DNA from: an uncultured delta proteobacterium
GTDB taxonomy: Bacteria > Myxococcota_A > Polyangia > Polyangiales > Polyangiaceae
Assembly (NCBI GenBank): GCA_963806225.1
Contig: CAWDXG010000001.1
Location: forward strand, 1,824,001 to 1,888,000
Direction of reading: 5' to 3'
Length of the DNA stretch: 64,000 nucleotides
The position numbers were made by a program, and so were the translations under genes. Below are positions 51,001-60,646 of the stretch, one piece after another. The notes below the pieces were generated by a model. It searched no databases. It worked only from the letters and a program-made list of their open reading frames with translations, and was not told the origin of the DNA. The number at the start of each line of letters is the position of its first letter. Positions within the stretch are counted from its first letter, which is position 1.

Positions 51001-51355
51001 GGCGGGTCTCGATGCCGAGACCGGCGTGGTGACGCTGCTCTACCTCACGCTCGCGTACGACGCGCGCAAGAGCGCCGGCAGACTCCGCTCGAACGAGGAT
51101 CTCACCGAGGCCATCGTGGAAGGTGCGGCCAATCGCATCCGGCCGGAGATGATGACCGTGCTGACGATGATGATCGGTCTGGTGCCGGTGCTGTGGAGCA
51201 CCGGGACCGGCGCCGACGTGATGAAGCGCATCGTCGCGCCGATCGTGGGCGGGCTCGTCACATCGTTCCTGCTCGAGCTGACCGTGTACCCGGCGATCTT
51301 TGCGATCTGGAAGCGGCGCGAGCTGCGCCTCGCCGATAACGCGCCTGGATCGTAG
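48035..51355 (+). CDS. cusA: CusA/CzcA heavy-metal efflux RND transporter
   Basis: DAIPDLSDVQVII, GPDATGVGWVYEY, AIGAMVDA, EFMPPLNEG, YMPT, MLATG. Confidence 0.93.
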   Translation: MPGNGDNEHPREPAPPDNPERVAPAERPEAVGLPEDSGGNGPAGNEPPAPPAPPDDQPKPGPIARIIALSAKNRFVTILFVLGMAVWGAYSMLHGPLDAIPDLSDVQVIIFTDWPGRSPTLVEDQITYPISSTLLSAPHVKSVRGQSFFGLSFVYVVFDEGTDMYWARSRVLEYLNSVSSRLPKGVTPTLGPDATGVGWVYEYALVDETGQHDLQQLRSLQDWNIRFALESVPGVAEVASVGGFVKQYQVNVDPDKLRGYGIPITKVIKAVRDSNEEVGGRVIEIAGHEQMIRGRGYIKKKSDIADIPLKVNSDGTPVYVKDVATVSIGPDMRRGVAELDGKGETVGGIVVMRYGENALKVIDAVKQRLDEVRKGLPPGVKLVVTYDRSGLIRKSIETLRHTLMEEMLVVSIIIFLFLLHVRSALVPILTLPIGVLLAFIPMYYQGLTINIMSLGGVAIAIGAMVDASILIIENSHKKLEQWEAAGRPGSRTDVIISAMQEVGPSVFFALLVITVAFMPVFTLEGTEGRLFKPLAFTKTYSMGFAAILAVTLTPALAVLFIRGKIRPENKNPINRLLVAAYTPVVRFVVRHRKMVIALAVLAIIFTIPAFQRLGNEFMPPLNEGAILYMPTAPPGMSVGEATQVLQSMDRQLMQFPEVVRVFGKMGRARTATDPAPLSMAEIIILLKPRDQWPKGVTWDGLIKQMDQKLQYPGMPNVWWMPIQTRTEMLATGIRSQLGIKVFGNTLAEIEKTAIAIEHAVKNVPGTRSAFAERSTGGFYADFTVKRQEAARYGMTVKDVDNVVMSAIGGMNVSETVEGRERYPINVRYAREFRDTPGALDRVLVSTPTGAQVPISQVADLKFTTGPPMVRSESGKLEGFVFVDIDNRPVADYVADAKKAVAAKVKLPPGQRIEWAGQYKYFERAKSRLKIVIPITLFIVSLLLFLNTRSFFKTFIILLAVPFSLVGAIWLLYLLHYNLSVAVWVGVIALAGLDAETGVVTLLYLTLAYDARKSAGRLRSNEDLTEAIVEGAANRIRPEMMTVLTMMIGLVPVLWSTGTGADVMKRIVAPIVGGLVTSFLLELTVYPAIFAIWKRRELRLADNAPGS

Positions 51356-51385
51356 CATTTTGCCACAAAACCGTGGCAAAATGCT
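51354..51385. terminator. 13-bp perfect inverted repeat after cusA (terminator or operator)
   Basis: agcattttgccac-aaaacc-gtggcaaaatgct. Confidence 0.5.
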
Positions 51386-51613
51386 GCGATCCGCGTCCGG
51401 CGGAGCCAGCTCGCGCGGTGCGGCGGAGGACCGTCGCGCCGTCGGGCGTGACACCTGTCCGGCCGCCCCGCGTCCAGCGGTGCTATGCGTGGGGGGAAGC
51501 TGGCGGCGCTCGATCGCCGTCCACTCCGGCGCCCTGCATCGGCAGGCCGAGCCCGCGCTTGCGAAATCGCGGCAATGCCGGGAAAATGGTCCGAGCGCGG
51601 CAAGCGACAGAGA

Positions 51614-52531
51614 ATGGGAACAGACTCGAGCGAAAACTCCCAGCGCACGGCGCAGGTGATCTCCGAAGCCCTGAACGTCGTGGGGTTGGTTGCCGCACCG
51701 GAGCTGTACGCGCAGTGGACGTCGGAACAAGGGGCTGACCCTGTACGGGCGCACGTGCTGGCGATGCTGTCGCGGTTCGTCGAGGCGATCGAAGTGCTCC
51801 GGCGCAGCGCATCGAGCGAGAGCGCGACGCTGTTCAAGGTGGAACCGACGGTCAAGGAACTGCAACAGCTCGTTGAAGGCTGGCAGGGGGACGTGTCGCG
51901 ACCCACGCCGGCCATCGTGGACTGCGCCCGGCGCTGCCTCCGCCCGATCGGTTTTCCTGTTCCGGGTGCGGATGCGGCGGATGCGGCGCCCCCGTCGCCG
52001 GAGCCTCCCGCGGAGCCGAAGGCGCGAGCCGAGCCGGTCGAGCGGAAGCCCGCTCCCGAGGTCCCCGGTGCGGAGGACCAGATGGCCGAGGTCCGCCGCG
52101 TGATGGACCGCCTGGTGAAGCACGCGCACGCGCGCCTGGCTTTCGCCATCGATCGCGCGGGCCAGCTGGTGACCGCGAGCGGCGACCTCGAGGAGGAGGA
52201 CGTCGACTCGACGTCGCTGGCCTCGCTCACGGCGGGCAACGTCGCGACCACCGACGGGATCGCCAAGCTGCTGGCTTCGGGCGAATTCACCTCCCAGTTC
52301 CACGAGGGGGAGGACACGCACGTGCACATCCGTCTGGTGGGCAAGCGCGTGATCCTGGTCGTGATCTTCGATTCGAAGTCGAGCCTGGGCCTGGTGCGAC
52401 TCCGTGCGCGCGAAGCGGGGGACGCGTTGAGCAGCCTGTTCGATGCTCTGCTGGATCGGACGCATCAGTCCAGTGGGGATGTGCTCGACGAGCTGACGGA
52501 CGGCGATCTCGAGGAGCTGTTCAGTCGCTAG
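51614..52531 (+). CDS. MglB-like roadblock/LC7 protein with N-terminal extension
   Basis: DSTSLASLTAGNVA, QFHEG, ILVVIFDSKSSLGLVRLR, C-terminal ELTDGDLEELF. Confidence 0.85.
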   Translation: MGTDSSENSQRTAQVISEALNVVGLVAAPELYAQWTSEQGADPVRAHVLAMLSRFVEAIEVLRRSASSESATLFKVEPTVKELQQLVEGWQGDVSRPTPAIVDCARRCLRPIGFPVPGADAADAAPPSPEPPAEPKARAEPVERKPAPEVPGAEDQMAEVRRVMDRLVKHAHARLAFAIDRAGQLVTASGDLEEEDVDSTSLASLTAGNVATTDGIAKLLASGEFTSQFHEGEDTHVHIRLVGKRVILVVIFDSKSSLGLVRLRAREAGDALSSLFDALLDRTHQSSGDVLDELTDGDLEELFSR

Positions 52532-52550
52532 AACGCCGGGGGCCGGGGTG

Positions 52551-53000
52551 ATGCGCTGTACGCCCTGCGTGCTGGTCGCCGCGGCCTTGCTGGGTGCCTG
52601 CGGAGCAAGGAAGACGCCGGCCGCCGCTCCTCAGGTGAGCGCGGTGATCCGGATCCCCGAGGCGACCCCTGGCCAGCTGCACGATTTCGACTCGGACAAG
52701 AGCGCGCCGCCCGCCGCGGACGTGAAGACCAAGCCCGCGGCAACCGGCAGCAAAGAAGCCCCACGCCCGATCGATCGGAATGATTCTACACGCCAGGTCT
52801 GGCAGGGCTCGGCAGCCACGGGCGGGCCGGACTGCGACTCGGCCGCGCTCTGCTGCGAGCAGGTCATGCAGAAGAACGGATCGAGTCCCTCCTCGCTCAA
52901 GGTGTGCGATTCGATCCGCACCGCGCCGACCGCGAGCTGCCGGCAGCTGCTCGATTCCTTCCGTCGCGCCTTCGGCAAGCTCGGCGTCAACTGTCCTTGA
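52551..53000 (+). CDS. Cys-rich lipoprotein
   Basis: Lipobox LGAC; C-x4-CC...C...C...C pattern. Confidence 0.65.
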   Translation: MRCTPCVLVAAALLGACGARKTPAAAPQVSAVIRIPEATPGQLHDFDSDKSAPPAADVKTKPAATGSKEAPRPIDRNDSTRQVWQGSAATGGPDCDSAALCCEQVMQKNGSSPSSLKVCDSIRTAPTASCRQLLDSFRRAFGKLGVNCP

Positions 53001-53974
53001 GCTCGCGATCGAGGAGCTCGAGCGAGAGCTCGCTGGCAGTGGCGAGCTCGGTCTGGCTGCCGTCGTAGACTCCGCGGTAGCCGCGCGGTAGGCAGCTGGC
53101 GATGCGGAAGCCGACCACATCCATCGCCAGCGACGGTCGCCGCCTGCAGCAGTGGAGCAGCGACGCGGCGGTGAAGGGCTGCCCCACGCGCGCGTGGATC
53201 CGCGTCCGGTAGAGGAACTCGGCGTTTGCGATCGGGGTGAGCCGCTCGCTGCCGGCGAGCCCGAACGGCACCACGAGCAGCTCGGGTCGTTTCAGGTAGC
53301 GGGCCACGCCGCTCGAGGGCGCGCTGCATCGTGCCGCTGCGACTTCGAGTGCCCTCCACGAAGATCAGGAGCGCATCGCCGGCGTCCAGCCGTTCGTGCG
53401 CCGCCGCAAGCGAGCGGGCCGCAAGCCGTGCCACTTCGCGCGCGGACATTCGTGCGGCGCCGGAAGCGCGGCTGATGCTCTGCGGTGTCTTGACCGTGCC
53501 GAAGCAGAGCGTGGCAACCCGCCGCACCGGGTCGCTGAACACCTTGGGACCCACGATCACGCACAGGCGTCTGGCGAGCTGTTCGTGACCGGAACGCGCC
53601 AGCAGGTGGGCGAGCACGTTCGCATCCACGAACGACAGGTGGTTGCCCACGAACACCACGGGCCGATCGCCCACCTGGTCGAGCACCGTCGCGTTCTCGA
53701 GCTCTGGAACCCCGTCGAGCCGGTCGGTGAGCACGAGCGCCGAGAGGCGCTCGGCGAGCGGGTGGGGCGGTTCGTAGCCCCACTTCCCTCCCGTTTCGGC
53801 CAGCTGGCGGAAGAACCCGTGCACCTGTTCAGGCGGAGCCGTGCGGAACAGCGCGACGAGCTGCGCCTCGAGCCGCGTCGTGCCTTCGGGGTCGCCGCCG
53901 CCGAGCATGTGGGCGATGGCGCGCGCCAGCTCCGCCGGGTCGGCGAAGGTCGGGTCGGGTGCCGAGCTGATCAC
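52987..53974 (-). CDS. Lysophospholipid/glycerol-3-phosphate acyltransferase (frameshift at ~53310)
   Basis: NHLSFVD (HX4D) and FVEGTRS motifs. Confidence 0.85.
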
Positions 53975-54047
53975 GGGGGAAACGTACTCCGGATCCCGAA
54001 AGAACGCTTCCGGTGCCTCGCGGGCGCCGCCGGCCGGGCTGCGCCGC

Positions 54048-55880
54048 TCACAACAGGTCGGCGAGCAGGCTGGGCTTGAAGCGTGGCACGACGCGGCTCG
54101 CGCCGAGTGGAGGCGACGAGAAGCGCGCGTAGCGCGCGGCCGTTCCAGGCGATGATACGGAGCCTGTCAAGCGGCTGTACCGAACGGAAATCGATGGCCG
54201 TCGGTTCGCCGCGGGGCGTTGCCTGCGACGACGACGATCTGCGCGCCGGTGAGCTGCAGACCCTGGCCGGCGCGCATGGGCTCGCTGGCGCTTCTGTACA
54301 CGCGGTCGAACGGGCCCTGCAGGAAACCGTGCGGCGCGCGGACGCTGAGCGTGTGCGCGCCCATGCGCGTCACGGTGATGGGCCCGAAACCTCCGTAGAG
54401 CACGCGCGTGTGGAGCGCCACCGGTTCGCGCCGGGCCGTGCGCGTCGAGACAAGCAGCGTGCCGAAGTAGTAGTCGGGCGCATTGAGCACCACGACATCC
54501 TCGGCGGGTGAGCGCAGGCCGTCGTAGGCCGCAAGGCGCGCCTGGTCGAGCACGGCTTCGTAGGGGTGGAGCAGCAGCACGCGCACGGGCAGGAACACGG
54601 GGGCGAGCAGCACGTGCATCAGGAGCAGCTCCCCGCCGAGCAGGAGCAGCGGGACGCGCCAGCGGCGGCCACCGGGCAGGGCGGGCGAGCGAGACACCCA
54701 CGCGCCGAGCAGCTGTGCGATCAGCGCGAACGCGCCGACGCCCGGCAGTATCAGCAGGCGATCCGAGGTGCTGGTCGCGCACGCCGGCAACATGGAAAGC
54801 AGCATGCCGAGCGCCCAGAAGCGCGCGTGCGCGTCGCGGCGCAGCAGCGGTACGACGGCGGCGACAAACAGCAGGAGAAAGGCGGCGCCGAGTGCGATCC
54901 CCCAGGCGTGCCCGAGCGCCAGATACCAGAGCGAAGACGTGGGGCCGGCCAGCAGCCCGAGTGCCAACCCGGAAAAGCGTTGCGGCAACGCGTTCAGGAA
55001 CGCGAGCGGTTGGGTGAGGGGGTCGAAATACACGCCGGATCCATGCGCCCCGTAGCCGGCAAGCTTGTACAGCGTGGCCCAGACGACCACTACGGCCAGC
55101 CACGGCAGGCTGGCCACAAGCCGCCGGTGCGACGCGTGCGCGGTCGAGCGAGACCGCGTACGCGACGAAGTATCCAGCGATACCGACGGTCAGCTCGTTG
55201 CTGCCAAGCCCCAACGCGAGGCACAGCGGTGCGAGCAGCGCCCCGGGCCAGAATCCACGGCGTCGCCAGGCGTCGTACGCGAGGAGCGCCGAGAGCGCGA
55301 AGACCGCGCCTATCAGCGCGTTGCGATTGGCGATCCAGCTTACGTCGAGGCTGTGGCTGTCGGCCACCGCGAACATCAGCGTTGCCAGACCAGCGACCCA
55401 CGGTGGTGCGAGCAGACGGCGGTAGAGCAGAGCGCAGACGAACACCATCGCTGCCAGCCACAGGATGCTGTGCAGATGCATCAGCCAGGGATGCGCCGGC
55501 CACAACGCCCAATCGATCTGGTGCGCGAGCGAGGCGATGGGTCGCCAGAACGCGATATCAGGTGCGGGCTGGCGATCCACGGCAGCTCGCCCCGGTCCTT
55601 GGCGAGATAGTTCGCCCACAGCGGCGTGTGCGGCGAGCCGAACAGGTTCGAAAACCACGGCAGGGCGCGCGCGGCGTTGCCCTGGGCGTAGTCCTCGGTC
55701 TGCAGACCGCCCCACAGCGCAGGGGAGCATAGCGCGATCGCTGTTGCCGCGGCGATCCAGGGGAGCCGTCGCGAGCGGAGCCAGCCTGGATGCGTTCGCG
55801 GCGCTGCGATGACGTGGAAGGACTGTGCGGCAAACTCCGCCGAGCGTAGTGGTCGGCCGCGCGCCGCGGCGAGGGAATCT
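54048..55880 (-). CDS. Polytopic membrane protein, GT-C-like (several frameshifts; start uncertain)
   Basis: GLQTEDY, FWRPIASL, HLHSILW, WIANRNAL, DRLL segments in alternating frames. Confidence 0.6.
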   Translation of the reverse strand, partial: RFPRRGARPTTTLGGVCRTVLPRHRSAANASRLAPLATAPLDRRGNSDRAMLPCAVGRSADRGLRPGQRRARPAVVFEPVRLAAHAAVGELSRQGPGRAAVDRQPAPDIAFWRPIASLAHQIDWALWPAHPWLMHLHSILWLAAMVFVCALLYRRLLAPPWVAGLATLMFAVADSHSLDVSWIANRNALIGAVFALSALLAYDAWRRRGFWPGALLAPLCLALGLGSNELTVGIAGYFVAYAVSLDRARVAPAACGQPAVAGRSGRLGHAVQACRLRGAWIRRVFRPPHPTARVPERVAATLFRVGTRAAGRPHVFALVSGARARLGDRTRRRLSPAVCRRRRTAAAPRRARALLGARHAAFHVAGVRDQHLGSPADTAGRRRVRADRTAARRVGVSLARPARWPPLARPAAPARRGAAPDARAARPRVPARARAAAPPLRSRARPGAPCGLRRPALTRRGCRGAQCARLLLRHAACLDAHGPARTGGAPHARALRRFRAHHRDAHGRAHAQRPRAARFPAGPVRPRVQKRQRAHARRPGSAAHRRADRRRRRQRPAANRRPSISVRYSRLTGSVSSPGTAARYARFSSPPLGASRVVPRFKPSLLADLL

Positions 55881-55888
55881 TCCCGACC

Positions 55889-57031
55889 TCAGCCGGGGGC
55901 GGAGGCTTTGCCCGCGGCCGGCGGGGCGCGGTCGGCACACTGCGCGCCCGCCACGTCGTACAGTGCGGCCTCCAGCGAGGACAGCGGTTGCTCGCCGACC
56001 AACCGGCTGCTCTCCTGGTTCGTCTCGTCGAGCAGCATGAAGGTCGGCACCACGTGCACCTTGAAGCGCCGCGCCAGCGCAGCGCCATTCGAAGTATCCA
56101 CGTTGATCTGCAGGACGCCGCCGGGGTGGAGGCGGCAGCGCTGCTCCGCCTCGTGGACGAGCGGCCGCATGTGCTTGCAGACCGTGCAGTGTCCGCTCAT
56201 GAACTCGACCATGCGCGGTCCGTCGGCAGCGGCCAGCTCGCCCCGGCCCGCCGCCTTGGCGAGGTTCAACTGGCAGGCGCCCGATCTCTCGCAGCTTGCC
56301 CCCGGCTGCGACGCGACGCTGGCTTGCGCGGTGTCGGGCCCGGCGCTGGGCACGACCCAGCCGAGATGGTTCGTCATCAGCAGCGCTCCGACCGCGACCA
56401 GCAGCGCGCCGGTGACCCGTTGTGCGACCGGCGCAAAGGAGCGGATCGGCTTGAGCCACGCGAGAGCGCGCGGTGCGGACTGCGCCGCCAGCAGCAGCGG
56501 CAGTGACAGACCGGCGGCGAACGCGAGTAGCTGCGCACCTCCCCACAGCGCGCTGGCCGACGAGCCCGCGGTGTAGGTCAGTACCGCGCCCAGCACGGGG
56601 CCGACACACGGAGTCCAGCCCAGACCGAATGCGGCGCCGAAGACGACGCCGCCGCGGAAGCCGCCGAGCGCCGGCACGCGGTTGAGCAGGGGACGGGCTT
56701 CCCTGTCGAGGAAGGGGATGCGCAGCACGCCGAGCAGCTTCAGGCCGAACAGCGCTACGAAACCGCCACCGACCAGCAGCAGCACATCGCGCTCCTGGGA
56801 CAGGAAGCCGCCGACGAGCGAGGCGACCATGCCGAGTGCGACGAACACGATCGACAGGCCGAGCACAAAGCCGAGCGCGGCGGTTCTGAGGGAGCGGGCC
56901 TTCTGCTCGGGCGTGGTGGCTTCGGCCGCGCTTCCAGCGAGCAGCGACAGGTAGATCGGGACCAGCGGCAGGATGCAGGGGGAGACGAACGCGAGAAGCC
57001 CGGCCGCGAAGGCGGCCATCAGGGGGAGCAT
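55889..57031 (-). CDS. CcdA/DsbD-TM plus thioredoxin domain protein
   Basis: FVSPCILPLVP, GWTPCVGPVLG, C-terminal CTVC and VPT. Confidence 0.88.
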   Translation of the reverse strand: MLPLMAAFAAGLLAFVSPCILPLVPIYLSLLAGSAAEATTPEQKARSLRTAALGFVLGLSIVFVALGMVASLVGGFLSQERDVLLLVGGGFVALFGLKLLGVLRIPFLDREARPLLNRVPALGGFRGGVVFGAAFGLGWTPCVGPVLGAVLTYTAGSSASALWGGAQLLAFAAGLSLPLLLAAQSAPRALAWLKPIRSFAPVAQRVTGALLVAVGALLMTNHLGWVVPSAGPDTAQASVASQPGASCERSGACQLNLAKAAGRGELAAADGPRMVEFMSGHCTVCKHMRPLVHEAEQRCRLHPGGVLQINVDTSNGAALARRFKVHVVPTFMLLDETNQESSRLVGEQPLSSLEAALYDVAGAQCADRAPPAAGKASAPG

Positions 57032-57096
57032 CGAAAGCCGGTACGAACGCGCCGCTTGCCGGGTTTCCCGGACACGATTTTACGCGGTTTTCCTGC

Positions 57097-58323
57097 TCAG
57101 CCGTGCGAATCCGCCAGGGTGCCCGGGCGGGCCCGCCCGCCGCCGTTGTGGCTTTCCAGCTCCAGCCAGCGGGCGATGTCCTGGCGGCGGACCAGCCCGA
57201 CCATCCGACCGTCCTCCATCACCAGCATATCGTCGACATCGAGGCGGCCCAGCGTCTGCAGCGCGTCGAAGGCGTTGTCGTCCGGCGCCGCCTGGGGCAG
57301 GTCGGCGAGCGCGTGCATGATCCGGCTGACAGGCGTCATCGGCCACTGCTGTCGCGGCACGCCCTGCACATCCGCGGCGCGGACCACGCCGACCGTGCCC
57401 AGGCTGGGATTGCCCACCAGGAACAGCGCCCGACCGGTCGCGAGCAGGTAGTCATCGACCAGTGTGCTCACCGGACTCTCGGGGTCGATCGTGGGCGGCA
57501 GCTCGCTGCGCATCAAGCGCCGCACCGGCACATCCTGCAGCAGCCCGCGGATGAGGACCTGCCGGTAGCTGGCCACCGCGGCTGTGTTCAGGAACCAACC
57601 GATGAACGCGAACCACAGACCCTGGACGAGCCCACTGCCGAACACCGGCACCTGCACGCCGAACGCCATCGCCACGCCCGTCATGATGAGCAGCCAGGCG
57701 AACGCCTGCCCGGCGCGCGACGCCCAGCGCGTAGCGGTCTGCAGATCCCGCGTGAGCGCCCATACGAGCGCGCGAAAGACACGGCCACCGTCGAGCGGGA
57801 ACGCGGGGATGAGGTTGAACACGCCGACCAGGATGTTGATCGGACCCAGCCATGCGAGGAGCGTGGCGACAGGTCCCAGATGTTCCAGCGCAGCCAGCGG
57901 GTTGTCCGCGGCTCCGGCAGGGACGGTCGAGAAAAGGCGCAACAGGATGATGAATCCGATCCCCAGGGCAATGCTGGTCAGCGGACCCACGCCGGCCATC
58001 AACGCTTCTTCCTTCGGTGAGTCGGGGTCGTGCTCGATGTTCGCGATGCCGCCGAAGAGGAACAGCGTGATGCTCCGGACCGGCACGTCGTAGACCTTCG
58101 CCACCAGCGCGTGCGACAGCTCGTGCACCAGCACCGAGGCGAAGAACAGCACGGCGGCGGCAATCGCGACTCCCCACGACAGGAATGGGCTCCAGCCGGG
58201 GTGCCAGGCCGGGAACACCCCCGCGCCCAGGTTGAACGTGACGAGCAGGAAGATGAGGATCAGGCTCCAGTCGAGCGTGATCCTGATACCGAAAATCCGA
58301 CCGATATTGATTCCATGCGACAT
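57097..58323 (-). CDS. Site-2 protease (M50) with CBS domains
   Basis: HELSH, FNLIPAFPLDGG, CBS pair. Confidence 0.92.
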   Translation of the reverse strand: MSHGINIGRIFGIRITLDWSLILIFLLVTFNLGAGVFPAWHPGWSPFLSWGVAIAAAVLFFASVLVHELSHALVAKVYDVPVRSITLFLFGGIANIEHDPDSPKEEALMAGVGPLTSIALGIGFIILLRLFSTVPAGAADNPLAALEHLGPVATLLAWLGPINILVGVFNLIPAFPLDGGRVFRALVWALTRDLQTATRWASRAGQAFAWLLIMTGVAMAFGVQVPVFGSGLVQGLWFAFIGWFLNTAAVASYRQVLIRGLLQDVPVRRLMRSELPPTIDPESPVSTLVDDYLLATGRALFLVGNPSLGTVGVVRAADVQGVPRQQWPMTPVSRIMHALADLPQAAPDDNAFDALQTLGRLDVDDMLVMEDGRMVGLVRRQDIARWLELESHNGGGRARPGTLADSHG

Positions 58324-58347
58324 TCGATGAGCTCCGGTAGGCGAGCT

Positions 58348-58363
58348 TGCATTCATCATGCCG
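58348..58363 (-). promoter_or_regulatory. Possible sigma54 promoter of the M50 gene
   Basis: CGGCATGATGAATGCA (GG-N10-GC). Confidence 0.4.
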
Positions 58364-58428
58364 GCCTGGATCGCCGCCTCGAACGCGCGCGTCGCGGTCC
58401 GCGGAGCTTCTGGGCGAGGCGTTTCGCC

Positions 58429-59163
58429 TCAGTCGGCCACGCGCAGGTCGAGCTCGGCGAACAAAGGCCTGTGATCGGACGCCTGCCGAGCGACCGCGCT
58501 GCGCGGCACCATGCAATGACGCGCGCGCACGTCGCCGCGGATGAACAGGCCGTCCAGCGGCCGCACGGGCAGCCATGCGGGAAACGTGTTGGCTAGCCTG
58601 CCGGCACGCGAAAACCCTGCGGGCTCGAGGAAGTTTGGTCCGAGCGTTCCCCACACGTCGTTCAGGTCGCCGCCGAGAACAATCGGGGTGCGATGGTGCA
58701 GTCCCTTGAACGGCTCGCTCTCCAGAAAGCGTTCGAGCTGCCGACCGCGCTCCGAACCCGCAAGGCCGAGATGCAGGTTGTGGAAGATGACGGTGCGCGA
58801 GTGGCGTCCGAAGCGCACGCGCGAGCGCGCCTGTAGAGCGCCGCGCTTCTTGCGCGTTCCGACCGTGAGATCGACGTGGTGCACCTCGGTCAACGGCCAG
58901 CGGCTGAGAATGGCATTGCCGTAGCCCCCGACGGCGAAGCGATGCTGGGGACCGTAGGCGCGGTGGCGCATCTCGAGCGCATCGGCCAGGAGCTCGGCCT
59001 GGTCGTGGAAGCGGGAACGGGGCATGTCCTCGCTCACCTCCTGCAGCAGGGCGACGTCGGGAGCGTGGGCCTTCAGCGCGTCCACGACACGCTCGATGCG
59101 ATAGCGCCGATCCACGCCACCGATGCCCTTGTGGATGTTCCAGGTGACGACGCGCAGCAGCAT
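58429..59163 (-). CDS. Endonuclease/exonuclease/phosphatase family protein
   Basis: TWNIHKG, LQEV, GNAILSR, GGDLN, ASDHRP. Confidence 0.92.
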   Translation of the reverse strand: MLLRVVTWNIHKGIGGVDRRYRIERVVDALKAHAPDVALLQEVSEDMPRSRFHDQAELLADALEMRHRAYGPQHRFAVGGYGNAILSRWPLTEVHHVDLTVGTRKKRGALQARSRVRFGRHSRTVIFHNLHLGLAGSERGRQLERFLESEPFKGLHHRTPIVLGGDLNDVWGTLGPNFLEPAGFSRAGRLANTFPAWLPVRPLDGLFIRGDVRARHCMVPRSAVARQASDHRPLFAELDLRVAD

Positions 59164-59325
59164 GGTCGCAGGGGGAGGGGATGGGAGGGGGCGGAGCAGA
59201 GGAGGGGCGGAGCGGAGGACGGGCAGCGGAGGACGAGGCTGGCGGCTCGGCTGCCAGAGTGTAGTATCGTACGCTAACCAGCCCGGCCCGTGCTGCACGG
59301 GTCCGGCCCGCACTTCTGGATTCGG

Positions 59326-60573
59326 ATGAGTGAGTCACCCCCGCCGGACCTCGTGGGGACGATCGTTGCGGAGCGCTACCGCGTAGAGCGGCTGATTGGC
59401 CAGGGAGGCATGGGCTCGGTCTGGGCCGGTCGCCATCTGACGCTCGGAAAGTTGGTGGCGATCAAGTTCATCCATCCGAAGCTCGCGGGCAGCCAGGAGG
59501 CGCTGCGCCGGTTCGACCTCGAGGCCAAGGCCGCGGCCCGGATCAAGAGCCGCCACGCGGTGGCCGTGTTCGATCACGGCGTCACGACGCACGGACAGCC
59601 GTACATCGTGATGGAATACCTGGAAGGACGCTCGCTCGAACAGCTCATCCGCGAGCGCGGCGCGCTCGCCCTGGCCGAGACCTCGAGCATCGTAACGCAA
59701 GCAGCCCGGGCCCTGGCCGTGGCGCACGGGGCCAAGGTCGTGCACCGCGACCTCAAGCCCGACAACATCTTTCTCGCCGACGATCACGAGGCGGGCGAGC
59801 TCGGCTACACGGTCAAGCTCGTCGATTTCGGCATCGCCAAGATCGTGCAGGATGATGCCGCGAGCGGCGCTGCGGCCACCCAGGCCGGAGCCGTTCTCGG
59901 GACCCCCCACTACATGAGTCCTGAAGCGCTTACCGCCTCGGCGCCCGTGAGCTCGCGCTCCGACGTGTGGTCGCTCGGGGCCTGCGCGTTCGCCGCCCTG
60001 TGCGGCAGGGTGCCGTTCGAGGGCGATGCGATCGGCGATGTGGTGCTGAAGGTGTGCGCGGCGCCGATGCCGGTGCCGACGAAGGTCAATCCCCACGTAC
60101 CGCGCGGTTTTGACGCCTGGTTCGCCAAGGCCTGTTCGCGCAACCCGGAGGCGCGATTCGGGTCCGTGACGGAGATGGCCGAGGCTCTGGCAGAGCTGGA
60201 TCGCTGGGCGCAGGCACAGAAGGAACAGGACGCGTACGAGCTGCGTCCGGCGCAGCCGAGTGCGCTCGAGCTCGACATCCCCGAACCGAGGGGAGGCCGG
60301 TCGCTCCTGATCGGCGGCGTGCTGGCCGGCGTTGCCGTCACCATCGGAGCGCTCGGCTACTTCGTGTATCTGCGTACCGAGGCGGCCAACCAGGCCATCT
60401 CGCGCACGTCGGCTAGCGCTGCGGCCGTCATCGATGCCGAAAACGACCGGAAGATGAAGGAGGCCGAACGCGCCTTCTGGGCCGGGGTCAACGATGGCGG
60501 AGCCGATGCCGCGCCGGCGCGGGACGCCGGCGCGGGGCGACCGCGCCGGCCGGGCCGGAGCCGCCCGCACTGA
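59326..60573 (+). CDS. Membrane Ser/Thr protein kinase
   Basis: GQGGMG, VAIK, HRDLKPDN, DFG, YMSPE; one TM helix. Confidence 0.94.
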   Translation: MSESPPPDLVGTIVAERYRVERLIGQGGMGSVWAGRHLTLGKLVAIKFIHPKLAGSQEALRRFDLEAKAAARIKSRHAVAVFDHGVTTHGQPYIVMEYLEGRSLEQLIRERGALALAETSSIVTQAARALAVAHGAKVVHRDLKPDNIFLADDHEAGELGYTVKLVDFGIAKIVQDDAASGAAATQAGAVLGTPHYMSPEALTASAPVSSRSDVWSLGACAFAALCGRVPFEGDAIGDVVLKVCAAPMPVPTKVNPHVPRGFDAWFAKACSRNPEARFGSVTEMAEALAELDRWAQAQKEQDAYELRPAQPSALELDIPEPRGGRSLLIGGVLAGVAVTIGALGYFVYLRTEAANQAISRTSASAAAVIDAENDRKMKEAERAFWAGVNDGGADAAPARDAGAGRPRRPGRSRPH

Positions 60574-60646
60574 TTTCTGCCGGGGCGAGGGTCGCCCCCG
60601 GGGTTGCAGGGTGTTATAGGTCCGCCCTGCGACGGAGGGAGCAGCG

